This document shows, piece after piece, positions 45,098 to 55,397 of a stretch of DNA of 64,000 nucleotides (positions within the stretch are counted from its first letter, which is position 1; each line of letters starts with the position of its first letter). The notes under the pieces were generated by a model. That model worked only from the letters and a program-made list of their open reading frames with translations, did no database searches and was not told where the DNA came from. Both the position numbers and the translations under genes were made by a program. The DNA comes from Nitrosopumilus sp. (GTDB lineage Archaea > Thermoproteota > Nitrososphaeria > Nitrososphaerales > Nitrosopumilaceae): positions 1,847,849-1,911,848 of the forward strand of contig CBDBLX010000002.1 in NCBI GenBank assembly GCA_965207445.1, written 5' to 3'.

Positions 45098-47149
45098 TCA
45101 TATCACAATAATACCATTTTCCATCATCCATTTTATAGCACCAACAAAGGCATCATCATCGATGAGTCCCTCTGACCACCATTTGGCATTATTTTTAATC
45201 CAATCAGGTATCACAATCTCATCATCAGAATCATAACTTGCATCACTATCAACAATTGTATCAAAAACAGGCAAAACTATAATATTTTCTTGTATCAAAT
45301 ACTCCAAAGACCTTGAAAAAGCAACATCATCAATGAGTCCCTCTGACCACCATTTGGCATTATTTTTAATCCAATCAGGTAATAGTACAACAACTGCATC
45401 ATTAACTGTAATACTACCAGTCATCCACGGATGAAGTGTACAAAAGTACTCAAATATACCAGTATCACCAAACTTGTGACTATATTTACCCCCTTCTGCC
45501 ACAACCGGACTCTCAAACATACCATCAATGCCACCTCTAGTAGTGCCAGATGCAACAGTGTGTGCTTGTACATCTTGATTTATCCACTCAACTATATCAC
45601 CGCGCTGAATTACAATCTCAAATGGCTCAAAACATGAATCATCACGCTCGCATCCAAGTGAAAAAGAACCAAATGCCATATCAACAGTATGTGTCATTGA
45701 TGATTCATCATGTATAGGAACATCGTTAGATGATACATCATTGTTATTGTGATTATCATTATGACCATCAAATACACCCCGAGTTGATTGCCCATCTAGT
45801 GCATCACTTACTTGAAATGCAAACTCACCTGTTGTACCATAACCATTTACATTTGATATCAATACTATTGCAGCACCCATATTATCGAAATTCAGCCGTA
45901 TAGTATCTTTGCCATCAGGTGTTTGACGCGCAGACTCAGAGTATACAGAAACACCATCAAGCAACACATTCACATCATATGTGACCAGAGGAATCACAAT
46001 ACCAGTGACTGGATCACGAAACTCAATGCTCAACAACACGTCTTGCTCAGGATGTATTTTGCCTGCAGGTGACAATGTCACATAAAATTTCCAGTCCTCT
46101 TGACTAGACAATATACTCAATGTATCACCTGCTTCCAAAGATGCATCTTGTTTTTCTTTGTGACGCTCCTTGCCAGATTTTATCTCAAATGTCATCTTAT
46201 CCTCATCATCAGAAATCTGCTCTAGCATATCAAGTAGTTTTGATGAGGATATCAAAAAATGAACAACAATCTGATCATCACCAGACCTATCCACAGTGCC
46301 AAAGTACGGCATATCATTGACTGCAAGCAAGATATCATGGTTCTCAAACAACAGTACAGTTTTTGGAATATAATATTCAGCATGAACAAATGGTATTGAT
46401 TCGATATATTGTGCATCCCACTCAAAGGGCATTGTTGCAGTGACGCTTTTTTGCTGTGTATTGAAATTAAACTCGTCTATTTTATCCAAATATGTAGCAA
46501 AGACAAGATCATGCACCACATCATCATATGTAATGGAAAATGGGATAAATTCGCCCATACTAAATGATATCACAAACTGCACAGGCTCATCAACTACCAC
46601 ACCCTCAATTGATCTTATGGTAATTGTAACATCATATAACCCACCTTTTAAAAAGACAGGCGCCATTGCCACAAGAGGAGAGTGAGGCTCTGCAATCCAT
46701 GCATTTGAATTTGTTATATTTCCTACGAGGTCAGACGTATCATCATGCACAAATATGATAACAGAAGTATCAGCACCAGAATATACATCTGCCTCAAACA
46801 GCACATCTGAATCATCTTTGATCTCAAGTGTATACTCTACATCATGTATAGGCACACCGCCACCGCCGCCACCGCCACCACCGTCACCAGCATCAGCATC
46901 TATAACCTGAATTGACATTGTGACATTTTGCACATTATCATGCAATATTGGCGGATCAGTTGTAATCTGTGCAGATATATATCTATCACCTGCCCATACT
47001 AAATCACCTGTTGCAGAACCAGAGCCGCCAGCATACACAGACGTCACAGCACCAATAGTACATATCATCACCACAGACAAGATTACAAATGCGTGTAATC
47101 TCAATACATTATCACCACCATACATCATAATACAATGGTCTAAAAACAA
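45098..47149 (-). CDS. Secreted multidomain blue-copper (cupredoxin) protein with thaumarchaeal IPDWIKNNA repeats
   Basis: Signal peptide; HTVASG...YFCTLHPWM type-1 Cu site; two PDWIKNNAKWWSEGLIDD repeats. Confidence 0.85.
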   Translation of the reverse strand: MFLDHCIMMYGGDNVLRLHAFVILSVVMICTIGAVTSVYAGGSGSATGDLVWAGDRYISAQITTDPPILHDNVQNVTMSIQVIDADAGDGGGGGGGGGVPIHDVEYTLEIKDDSDVLFEADVYSGADTSVIIFVHDDTSDLVGNITNSNAWIAEPHSPLVAMAPVFLKGGLYDVTITIRSIEGVVVDEPVQFVISFSMGEFIPFSITYDDVVHDLVFATYLDKIDEFNFNTQQKSVTATMPFEWDAQYIESIPFVHAEYYIPKTVLLFENHDILLAVNDMPYFGTVDRSGDDQIVVHFLISSSKLLDMLEQISDDEDKMTFEIKSGKERHKEKQDASLEAGDTLSILSSQEDWKFYVTLSPAGKIHPEQDVLLSIEFRDPVTGIVIPLVTYDVNVLLDGVSVYSESARQTPDGKDTIRLNFDNMGAAIVLISNVNGYGTTGEFAFQVSDALDGQSTRGVFDGHNDNHNNNDVSSNDVPIHDESSMTHTVDMAFGSFSLGCERDDSCFEPFEIVIQRGDIVEWINQDVQAHTVASGTTRGGIDGMFESPVVAEGGKYSHKFGDTGIFEYFCTLHPWMTGSITVNDAVVVLLPDWIKNNAKWWSEGLIDDVAFSRSLEYLIQENIIVLPVFDTIVDSDASYDSDDEIVIPDWIKNNAKWWSEGLIDDDAFVGAIKWMMENGIIVI

Positions 47150-47351
47150 TATATGTTTAGTTGATAGTCAGACGATCATTACAATACATAAACAATCAAA
47201 CACGCAGGAAAGGCAGCACATATCTGACAATCGATCATCGTACAGTACATAAATCTCATTATTTTATTTTATTCATTTATAAAAAATATCATAGCAAACA
47301 ACACAAACACAAAAACACATAATAGATAAATGGCAATAAAACCATCAATTC

Positions 47352-48038
47352 ATGGCTGAAATTAGCATAGTAAGATACACACACAATGGAGAAAAATTTG
47401 AGATTTTAGTCAAACCAGATGCTGCACTAGATTACAAACTTGGAAAGAGTACCAATTATACTGCTACGATGGTGTCAGATGATATATACGCTGACTCTGG
47501 AAAAGGTACCAAGCCATCTACTGAAAAGATGCAAAAGGCATTTGGAACAACTGATACCATAAAGGCAGCTAAAATCATACTAGATAGGGGTGAGTTAAAC
47601 CTTACAACTGATCAAAGAAGAAAGATGATAGAAGAAAAGAGAAAACAAATAGTACAGTATATAGTAAAAACTTACGTAGATCCCAAGACTCATCTACCAC
47701 ACCCACCCATACGCATAGAGCAAGCAATAAAAGACAGCAGAGTGTCAATAGACCCACAAAAGGGCGCACAACTGCAAGCAAAAGATATCATCGAAAAACT
47801 GCGATCCATAATCGCACTAAAATCAGAAAATGTAGAGTTGCAAATCACGATACCAGCACAATACGCATCAAAATCATACGCGATACTAAAATCAGCAGGA
47901 ACTCTAAAGAATGAACAGTGGCAAAACGACGGTTCACTAAAAGCAATACTAGAAATACCAGCAGGGGCAAGGCCATCTGTGATAGATAGACTAGGTTCTG
48001 CAACTCGGGGTTCTGCAGGAGTAGAGGTGGTAAAATAA
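47352..48038 (+). CDS. Ribosome maturation factor SBDS/Sdo1
   Basis: GEKFEILV, LTTDQRR, PHPPIRIE. Confidence 0.93.
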   Translation: MAEISIVRYTHNGEKFEILVKPDAALDYKLGKSTNYTATMVSDDIYADSGKGTKPSTEKMQKAFGTTDTIKAAKIILDRGELNLTTDQRRKMIEEKRKQIVQYIVKTYVDPKTHLPHPPIRIEQAIKDSRVSIDPQKGAQLQAKDIIEKLRSIIALKSENVELQITIPAQYASKSYAILKSAGTLKNEQWQNDGSLKAILEIPAGARPSVIDRLGSATRGSAGVEVVK

Positions 48039-48940
48039 TGAATTCAAGAAAAAAATATGTAATACCCGGTGATGTTATAACGACTGGGCCCTATCGTCCA
48101 GAGCAAAATGTTGCACTAGTAGATGGAAAAAAGATCGTATCGACTGCAGTAGGCGTGACTGAGATATTTGATGATTCTGTTAGAGTAATTCCACTTGCAG
48201 GCAAGTACATTCCAAAAATAAATGATCTTGTAGTTGGCATGATCGTATCGCACACATCATTGTCATGGGAGCTTGATATCAACTCACACTATGTAGGATT
48301 TTTACCTGCATCCGATGTGTTTGGTCGTGACTTTTCAGCACATGCCGATGAGTTGGCAACGAAATTAAAACGAGGTGATTTGGTAGCTGCAAGAATTGCA
48401 AACTTTGATCGAACACGTGACCCACTTGTGACCATATCAGATAGAGACTTGGGCAAGATTGAGTCAGGTGAGTTGGTAAAGATGTCACCTAACAAAGTAC
48501 CCAGACTGATCGGTAAACGAGGAAGTATGATACAGGTAATAGAGTCTGCAACTAATGCCGTAATTACCATTGGTATGAATGGATGGATCATAGTTGCATG
48601 TGACGATACAGATGGATTATTAAAGGCAAAAAAAGCAATTAAAATGGTGGATGATATGACACTTACACTAAATCTGACAGAACAAGTAAAAGAGATGTTA
48701 GAGCAAGATAATAGTACAAAAACCACAACGACCACAACAACAACAGCCACAGGAACGGAGGATAAAGTCGGTACTGGTATACTAAATGATGCAGAAGATT
48801 TGACAAAAACCACAACGACCACAACAACAGCCACAGGAACGGAGGACGAAGTTGGTACTGGTATACTAAATGATACAGTAGATTTGACAAAAACCACAAC
48901 GACCACAACAACAGCCACAGGAACGGAGGACGAAGAGTAA
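48038..48940 (+). CDS. rrp4: Exosome RNA-binding subunit Rrp4 with Thr-rich repeat tail
   Basis: YVIPGD, YIPKINDLVVG, KVPRLIGKRGSMI. Confidence 0.93.
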   Translation: MNSRKKYVIPGDVITTGPYRPEQNVALVDGKKIVSTAVGVTEIFDDSVRVIPLAGKYIPKINDLVVGMIVSHTSLSWELDINSHYVGFLPASDVFGRDFSAHADELATKLKRGDLVAARIANFDRTRDPLVTISDRDLGKIESGELVKMSPNKVPRLIGKRGSMIQVIESATNAVITIGMNGWIIVACDDTDGLLKAKKAIKMVDDMTLTLNLTEQVKEMLEQDNSTKTTTTTTTTATGTEDKVGTGILNDAEDLTKTTTTTTTATGTEDEVGTGILNDTVDLTKTTTTTTTATGTEDEE

Positions 48941-49674
48941 TGGGCGGCCGAGAAGCTACAATGGTACTCTTAGATGAGAACGGGATACGTTGTGATGGCC
49001 GCAAGATAGATGAGACAAGGCGTGTAATGATAAAGGCAGGAGGTCTAAAGAATGCAGACGGTTCTGCATATATTGAGTTTGGAGACAACAAGATAGTAGT
49101 AGGTGTGTATGGTCCAAGAGATGTCCATCCAAAACACATGTCAGATACTGATACTGGCATACTGCGTGTAAGATATCACATGGAGCCGTTCTCAGTAGGG
49201 GATAGAAAGAATCCAGCACCATCCAGACGAGAGATCGAGATATCCAAAGTAATCAAAGAGGCACTAGAGCCTGCTGTAATGTTAAGTGACTATCCAAGAA
49301 CAGTAGTCGAGGTGTTCATAGAAGTACTACAAGCAGACGGTGGCACTAGATGTGCAGCACTATCTGCAGCATCAGTGGCACTAGCAGATGCAGGAATTCC
49401 AATGAGAGATATGGTAGCAGCATGTGCATCAGGCAAGGCAGCAGATACGATAATACTAGATGTAAATAATGAAGAGGATCAAGCAGGTCAGGCAGATATG
49501 CCAATAGGGTATATGCCAAACCTTGAAAAAGTCACACTGTTGCAGCTCGACGGCATACTAACACCAGAAGAGTATGAGCAGTGTTTGGATATTGGTATAA
49601 AGGGATGCAAGCAGGTATACGAGTTGCAAAAAAAGGCATTACATGAGAAATACTTTGTAAATGGTGAGGAATAG
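48940..49674 (+). CDS. rrp41: Exosome exonuclease Rrp41
   Basis: ADGSAY, YGPRDVHP, QADGGTR. Confidence 0.96.
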   Translation: MGGREATMVLLDENGIRCDGRKIDETRRVMIKAGGLKNADGSAYIEFGDNKIVVGVYGPRDVHPKHMSDTDTGILRVRYHMEPFSVGDRKNPAPSRREIEISKVIKEALEPAVMLSDYPRTVVEVFIEVLQADGGTRCAALSAASVALADAGIPMRDMVAACASGKAADTIILDVNNEEDQAGQADMPIGYMPNLEKVTLLQLDGILTPEEYEQCLDIGIKGCKQVYELQKKALHEKYFVNGEE

Positions 49675-49675
49675 A

Positions 49676-50491
49676 ATGGCAGATATGATCAGCACACTTA
49701 AAAAAGAAAAAATTGTTGAGATCCTATCACAAGGCAAAAGAATAGATGGTAGAGCATTAGATGAGTTCAGAGAGATATCAATTCAGACAAATGCAATCCC
49801 AAAGGCAAATGGTTCTGCACGTGTTAGAATTGGAGACACAGAAGTAGTGTGCGGGGTCAAAGTGCAGCCAGACAGACCATTCCCAGATGCAGGCGACAAG
49901 GGAGTATTCATATGTACAGCAGAGTTATTGCCACTATCACACCCATCAGTTGAGACAGGTCCTCCGGGTCCTGATGTAATAGAGCTTGCAAGAGTAGTGG
50001 ATAGAGGTATTCGTGAGAGTCACATGATAGATACAAGTCAACTAGTAATTGAAGAATCAAAGTCAGTAGTCGGAGTATTTACAGACAATGTAGTTGTGGA
50101 TTATGATGGGAACTTGTTTGATGCATGCTCTTATGCTGCAACTGCATCACTGCTCACAACTACAATGCCAAAATGGGAATTCAAAGATGAAAGACCAACT
50201 CTAATAGAAGGACACACATCAAAGTTGCCCACAGGTACAATACCAGTCTCAGTTACGATGGGACGTATTGGAGAACACATACTAGTTGACCCCAATGGTG
50301 ATGAATGGGCATGTATGGATGCTAGAATCACGATAACTACCAACTCTGATGGTAATATATGCGCACTTCAAAAAGGGGGACATGATGGATTTACAATAGA
50401 GCAAATCAAAGAGTGCGGTAAGACATCGGCAAGAATCGGCGCAAAGATAAGAGAACAGTTCCAAGAGATAAAACAAAAGAGTGACGATTAA
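49676..50491 (+). CDS. rrp42: Exosome subunit Rrp42
   Basis: RIDGR, ANGSA, ARVVDRGIRES, DGNLFDA. Confidence 0.96.
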   Translation: MADMISTLKKEKIVEILSQGKRIDGRALDEFREISIQTNAIPKANGSARVRIGDTEVVCGVKVQPDRPFPDAGDKGVFICTAELLPLSHPSVETGPPGPDVIELARVVDRGIRESHMIDTSQLVIEESKSVVGVFTDNVVVDYDGNLFDACSYAATASLLTTTMPKWEFKDERPTLIEGHTSKLPTGTIPVSVTMGRIGEHILVDPNGDEWACMDARITITTNSDGNICALQKGGHDGFTIEQIKECGKTSARIGAKIREQFQEIKQKSDD

Positions 50492-50703
50492 TGGCAAAAA
50501 AGAAAAAGTCCCTCAAAGGGCTCGGTGCCAGATATGGCATAAAGATACGAAAGCAGTACACAAAGGTGCACTTTCAGTTAAAACAAAAGAGAGCGTGTCC
50601 TGAGTGCGGCTCTAAAGCATTTGGTAGAGACGCAGTAGGAATATGGTCATGTAAAAAATGTGGATTCAAGATTGCCGGAACCGCGTACGATGTCAAAATA
50701 TGA
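50491..50703 (+). CDS. rpl37ae: 50S ribosomal protein L37ae (eL43)
   Basis: GARYG, CPEC, GIWSCKKCG. Confidence 0.95.
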   Translation: MAKKKKSLKGLGARYGIKIRKQYTKVHFQLKQKRACPECGSKAFGRDAVGIWSCKKCGFKIAGTAYDVKI

Positions 50704-50947
50704 TGCTACTATTATAGTAGAGATTAGAGACAAAGAGGTAACATCTGCAATATATGATTCTATTGCCACTGATGAATTGTTTTATCCTGAAAATCCAGTC
50801 AATACAAAAATTATGATCACAGAAAACAAAAAAATTACAATAGAGGCAGAGTCAGATAATATTGCACACTTGCGAGCCAATCTAAATTCTACATTGAGAC
50901 TAGTACAAGCATGTCACGCATCAATATTAGAGTCGATGGCAGATTAG
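50690..50947 (+). CDS. pcc1: KEOPS subunit Pcc1-like
   Basis: LRANLNSTLRL motif; position between rpl37ae and prefoldin. Confidence 0.75.
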   Translation: MSKYDATIIVEIRDKEVTSAIYDSIATDELFYPENPVNTKIMITENKKITIEAESDNIAHLRANLNSTLRLVQACHASILESMAD

Positions 50948-51058
50948 GATATGGTGTATATTGAGTACGGTTCGGGGTTTTAACCTTGATGCGGAGATGA
51001 AATGATTCAAGATATGCATAATCGGTAGGGATATAATGTACAATGTAGGCGTGTCAGT

Positions 51059-51526
51059 ATGTCTTCAATGGGCGCTCCACAAGTACCACCATGGCTACAA
51101 GAAAAGATAGTAGCATTTCAAAAAACACAACAAGAACTACAAACAATAGCAATACAAAAACAACAGTTAGAAGTAGAAAGAATTAACATAGCAAGAACAC
51201 TTGAAGAATTAAAAAAAGCAGATGAGAATGAAGATGTCTTTAAGATTTCAGGAAGTGTAATGATCAAAACTACAAAAACAGACACCGTATCAGATTTAGA
51301 AGAGAAATTAGAGCTTGGAAAGACTCGCACAACCATAATAGAAAAACAAGAAACGCGATTACAAGAATCACTAAAAGAGCAAGAGATGGAAATTACAAGG
51401 GCGATGAAGGGAGGGGGAGCAGGTGCACCACCGACATCGTCATCAACTACACCACCACCACCAGCAGCAGCGCAATCAACTACACCACCACCGACATCGT
51501 CATCACCACAATCACCGCAGATATAA
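51059..51526 (+). CDS. pfdB: Prefoldin beta subunit with Pro/Ser/Thr tail
   Basis: Coiled coil, VFKISGSVMIK hairpin. Confidence 0.9.
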   Translation: MSSMGAPQVPPWLQEKIVAFQKTQQELQTIAIQKQQLEVERINIARTLEELKKADENEDVFKISGSVMIKTTKTDTVSDLEEKLELGKTRTTIIEKQETRLQESLKEQEMEITRAMKGGGAGAPPTSSSTTPPPPAAAQSTTPPPTSSSPQSPQI

Positions 51527-51785
51527 CATATACAGAATATACTTACATTTTTAATTTACATTTAGATATCATATTCATATATTATATTCAGATATCATAT
51601 TCAAACATCAAACGCATCATAATCAAATTTACAAAATAAATTTTTATAATAAATCATAATAGACACTAGTACAAGATCTACAGACAAAATATAACATTAG
51701 ACAAAATACAACAATATAAAATAAAATAATATAAAATACAATCAGAATATCAAAAGCATATAATGATACAACATTACAAAAAAAC

Positions 51786-52469
51786 ATGAAATCAATACGA
51801 ATTGTAGCAGATGACAGAGAGCGTAAAAGTGGAATACCACAACTATTACAAACAATAGGAATGGATGTAGAGATAAAGACACTTGTCATAGGAGATTACA
51901 TTGTGGCCCCTGAGACAGTAATTGAAAGAAAGTCAGTACGCGATCTCGTATCATCTATATTTGATGGTAGATTATTTGACCAATGCACCAGACTAAAGGA
52001 TAACTTTGAGAGACCAGCAATACTAGTTGAGGGTAACCTAGATGAATTAGATGAGATAACAGAAAACCCACTGATATTTTATGGTGCCATATCCACAGTT
52101 GTCATGGAGTTTGGCATACCAGTCATACCCACTCCAAGCGCAACACATACTGCAAAACTACTCAGTGTAATGGCATCAAAGAAAGAGAACTCAACAAAGG
52201 GCCCATATATTAAAAAAGTACGAAAAAGCGCAGACGTTCAACAACAGCAGATAACCATACTGTGTAGTTTACCAGGTGTTGGGGAAAAGTTTGCAATCCG
52301 TATGCTTGAAAAGTTCAAAACGCCGCTAAGGGCACTTTGTGCTACCAATGCAGAGCTCTTAAAGATAGAAGGTATGGGAGAATCAAGGGCAAAACGTATC
52401 AGAGATATGCTAAATAAAACAACAAAAGATGCAGATGATAAAAAAGATGATACACAAACAAAACTGTAA
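51786..52469 (+). CDS. XPF/ERCC4 nuclease with HhH
   Basis: DDRE, GDY, IERKS, LPGVGEK. Confidence 0.9.
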   Translation: MKSIRIVADDRERKSGIPQLLQTIGMDVEIKTLVIGDYIVAPETVIERKSVRDLVSSIFDGRLFDQCTRLKDNFERPAILVEGNLDELDEITENPLIFYGAISTVVMEFGIPVIPTPSATHTAKLLSVMASKKENSTKGPYIKKVRKSADVQQQQITILCSLPGVGEKFAIRMLEKFKTPLRALCATNAELLKIEGMGESRAKRIRDMLNKTTKDADDKKDDTQTKL

Positions 52470-52476
52470 GAATAAA

Positions 52477-53106
52477 TTATTGATCATTTTTTATCGTACG
52501 TCGATTCAATGCAGAACCACACAATTCACACGTGATAATTTTTTTTGATGTATTTTTGAGTTTTTTGGATTTTTTGTAAATATGTTTGTTTTTTTTATGC
52601 AATGTCATATCAGTGTACACACGATACATATCACGAGTAGAAAGTACATAACCACATCCAGAACAATAATACTGCCATCTGTAAAATCGTTTAATTCCAC
52701 GAGTCATTATTGATACGGTATTCATTTTTAATTGGCGCATGACATTTAACATTGCAAAGTCATCAGATACCAATGTAAAACGAGTTTGAATGCACAGTGC
52801 AATTGCAGATATATCAGGTTCAGATAAATTTGGCAAGTCACCAGTAAAAAGGGCAGCTTTGTATGTTTGGTTGATATATTCAGGTTCAGGTGATTGTATC
52901 AAAAGTCTGCCTGTTTCAATTAGTATTGTAATTGCATCATGATCTTTTTTGATGTGAGATATTTCATCATAGATTGATTGACTAGTCACATATTTGATAT
53001 CAGGTGACAACTCATATGATTTGTCAGTAGATTTGATATTGGCAGTCCCAAATGGTACACCAGCATAAAATGCACCTGCATCAAGAACCATTATTTTAGA
53101 ATCCAA
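52477..53106 (-). CDS. Nob1-like PIN endonuclease with Zn ribbon
   Basis: VLDAGAF, LSEPD, SDDF, CSGC...CELCG. Confidence 0.88.
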   Translation of the reverse strand: MDSKIMVLDAGAFYAGVPFGTANIKSTDKSYELSPDIKYVTSQSIYDEISHIKKDHDAITILIETGRLLIQSPEPEYINQTYKAALFTGDLPNLSEPDISAIALCIQTRFTLVSDDFAMLNVMRQLKMNTVSIMTRGIKRFYRWQYYCSGCGYVLSTRDMYRVYTDMTLHKKNKHIYKKSKKLKNTSKKIITCELCGSALNRRTIKNDQ

Positions 53107-53914
53107 GTTTGCTCATCTGTCGCAGTCCACGTTTTTTGAGACGAATAAATACAGCACGTTTTTTGTGCCGTCTTATTGTAATTATATCACCATACTCTAC
53201 ATTCTTTATAACCTGTGCATCCACTACAACACTACAATCATGAGAACATATGACTTGGATTTTTTGATCAGGGACCACCAAAGATGCCAGTCTATACACT
53301 GGTGCCACAGGCGTAATTATTAGTACATCAAGGCTTTCGTGAAGTATTGGTCCTCCAAGTGAAAAAGAGTGTCCAGTAGAACCACTAGGTGTTGCAAGGA
53401 TTAAACCATCCATCTTTTGTTTAACAGTATCATTTCTAAACCTGATCTCGATCTCGGCAGTTTTAGTCAAGGTTGTACGACTAATGTACACCTCGTTGAG
53501 TGCAGGTGGCAGGTCTTGTCCTGCAACGGATGCTACTATTCTAGTACGTTTATCAAGTGAGAATCGGCCTTTTTTTATCTGCTGTATTGCATCTTTCATC
53601 TCATCAAGTGTAATTTCAGATAAAATACCACGATTACCACCCACATTTATCGTCAGTATTGGGGTCTCATTCTCAATACTACGAAAGGCCCTCAGTGTTG
53701 TACCATCACCACCAAGTGTTACTATGAGATCAAGTTTCCGCATAGGCTTGAGATCGTCTAATGTTTCAACATATTGGGCGCCATCAACACGTACAGGTGA
53801 TATCGTGTATACATTTGAGCCATTTTCAATGAATAGGTGGGCAGTCGTGACTGCTGCATCCTCGGACTCTTTTGATCCTACCTTGCTTACTATGGCAACG
53901 TGTCTTAGATTCAA
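53096..53914 (-). CDS. NAD kinase
   Basis: GGDGT, LNE, TPSGSTGHSFSLGGP. Confidence 0.93.
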   Translation of the reverse strand: MNLRHVAIVSKVGSKESEDAAVTTAHLFIENGSNVYTISPVRVDGAQYVETLDDLKPMRKLDLIVTLGGDGTTLRAFRSIENETPILTINVGGNRGILSEITLDEMKDAIQQIKKGRFSLDKRTRIVASVAGQDLPPALNEVYISRTTLTKTAEIEIRFRNDTVKQKMDGLILATPSGSTGHSFSLGGPILHESLDVLIITPVAPVYRLASLVVPDQKIQVICSHDCSVVVDAQVIKNVEYGDIITIRRHKKRAVFIRLKKRGLRQMSKLGF

Positions 53915-54323
53915 TTAAATCTCATATAAGAGAGTCTACATAAATCGTTTTTGTAATAGTTAATGTATCCAAATTAAAGTGTGAAAAATCTGTAAAAGAT
54001 GGGTTTAGACTTTAGTAGTGATTAAAGAATCACATCATTTTGAAAATACAATAAACAAGATCGTGACTAGTCGCTAGCGCAAAACATCACGTTATCATCA
54101 TTATTGCATCATCATTATTGCATCATCATTATTGCATCATCATTATTGCATCATCATTATTACATCATCATTATTACATCATCAGCAACAACAGGTAAAG
54201 CATATCGAATAATTACTTTAACCAAAAATCAAATGGATGTTATTATAATTTTTACAGTATTAGAAAAATCTACACATAATCCAAGTATATACATATGATC
54301 TTAAAATACTTATCAATAACTAT

Positions 54324-55163
54324 ATGCACATCATAACAATGAAAACTTCAAAAAAACCCAACATCGATTATGTTTTCGATACCGTGCCAATAGATTCTAT
54401 AGGAATCTGGTCAGATGCACAAGCACGTGATCTAAACATTGATGAGATCGACTCTCTTGTAAAGTCTATAAAATCAGAAGGACTGCAACACCCACTTACT
54501 GTTTGTCGTGATGATGATTCTGACAACACATACAAGTTGTTAGCAGGACAACGTAGATTAGAAGCACTCAAAAGACTCGGATACGAGAATGCACCCGTAC
54601 TAATACTAGATGATAAAAAGTTCGCAGACGTATCTGGTGCAAAGGCAGTATCTGTAATTGAGAATCTGCATCGCAAGAGTATGTCTGCAAAGGAGATTGC
54701 AGCATCGTGTAAATTTCTTGTACAAAAAGTTGGCAAGGCAAATGCTGCAAAGACACTTGGAATAAGCCGTGACACGTTGCGCGAGTATCTTGGATTTGAT
54801 GGTCTGCCAGATGAGATCAAAGAACTGGTACCAAAAACAATCTCAAGACGTGATGCAATGCGCGTGTGCCGTGTTATTACACAGATTGACAGTGCACTTG
54901 TAATGATCAAGAAACTCTCCAAACTTGAATCTGCAAAACGAACGCGTTATATTGAGGCACTAGAGAAATTAGGAAGTTCTGCTGGAATGTCAGAGATTGC
55001 AAAATTGGCAAACTCATTTAGAATGCGACAGAACATCTCAGTTAATATCTCAAAGACACAGGCAAAGGGGCTGGCAAAATTGTCACGAGAATCAGATATG
55101 GAGCCTGCCGAATTGGCAAAAAAGATAGTATCAGACTATCTTGCACGACGCGGAATCAAATAA
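54324..55163 (+). CDS. ParB/Srx-domain protein with HTH
   Basis: LVKSIKSEGLQHPL, LAGQRRLEA, ENLHR, AKTLGISR. Confidence 0.88.
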   Translation: MHIITMKTSKKPNIDYVFDTVPIDSIGIWSDAQARDLNIDEIDSLVKSIKSEGLQHPLTVCRDDDSDNTYKLLAGQRRLEALKRLGYENAPVLILDDKKFADVSGAKAVSVIENLHRKSMSAKEIAASCKFLVQKVGKANAAKTLGISRDTLREYLGFDGLPDEIKELVPKTISRRDAMRVCRVITQIDSALVMIKKLSKLESAKRTRYIEALEKLGSSAGMSEIAKLANSFRMRQNISVNISKTQAKGLAKLSRESDMEPAELAKKIVSDYLARRGIK

Positions 55164-55397
55164 CATCACTCTTATTTTTGTACTGTTTTTTTGATGTGAG
55201 GCAAGATCTTCAAATGCAATAATTAAACTGCATATTGTATTTGGTCACATTTCTGTCGGTATATTTAGTATCGTGTATGTAAGTTTGGCTAGGAGTTATT
55301 CTTGAATGATTATATCAATCATGGATCTTGGTTCATACGTTTTTTGTAGTCGTCATTATCGTTATCAGCATCATCATTATCAGCAATAGCATTACCA

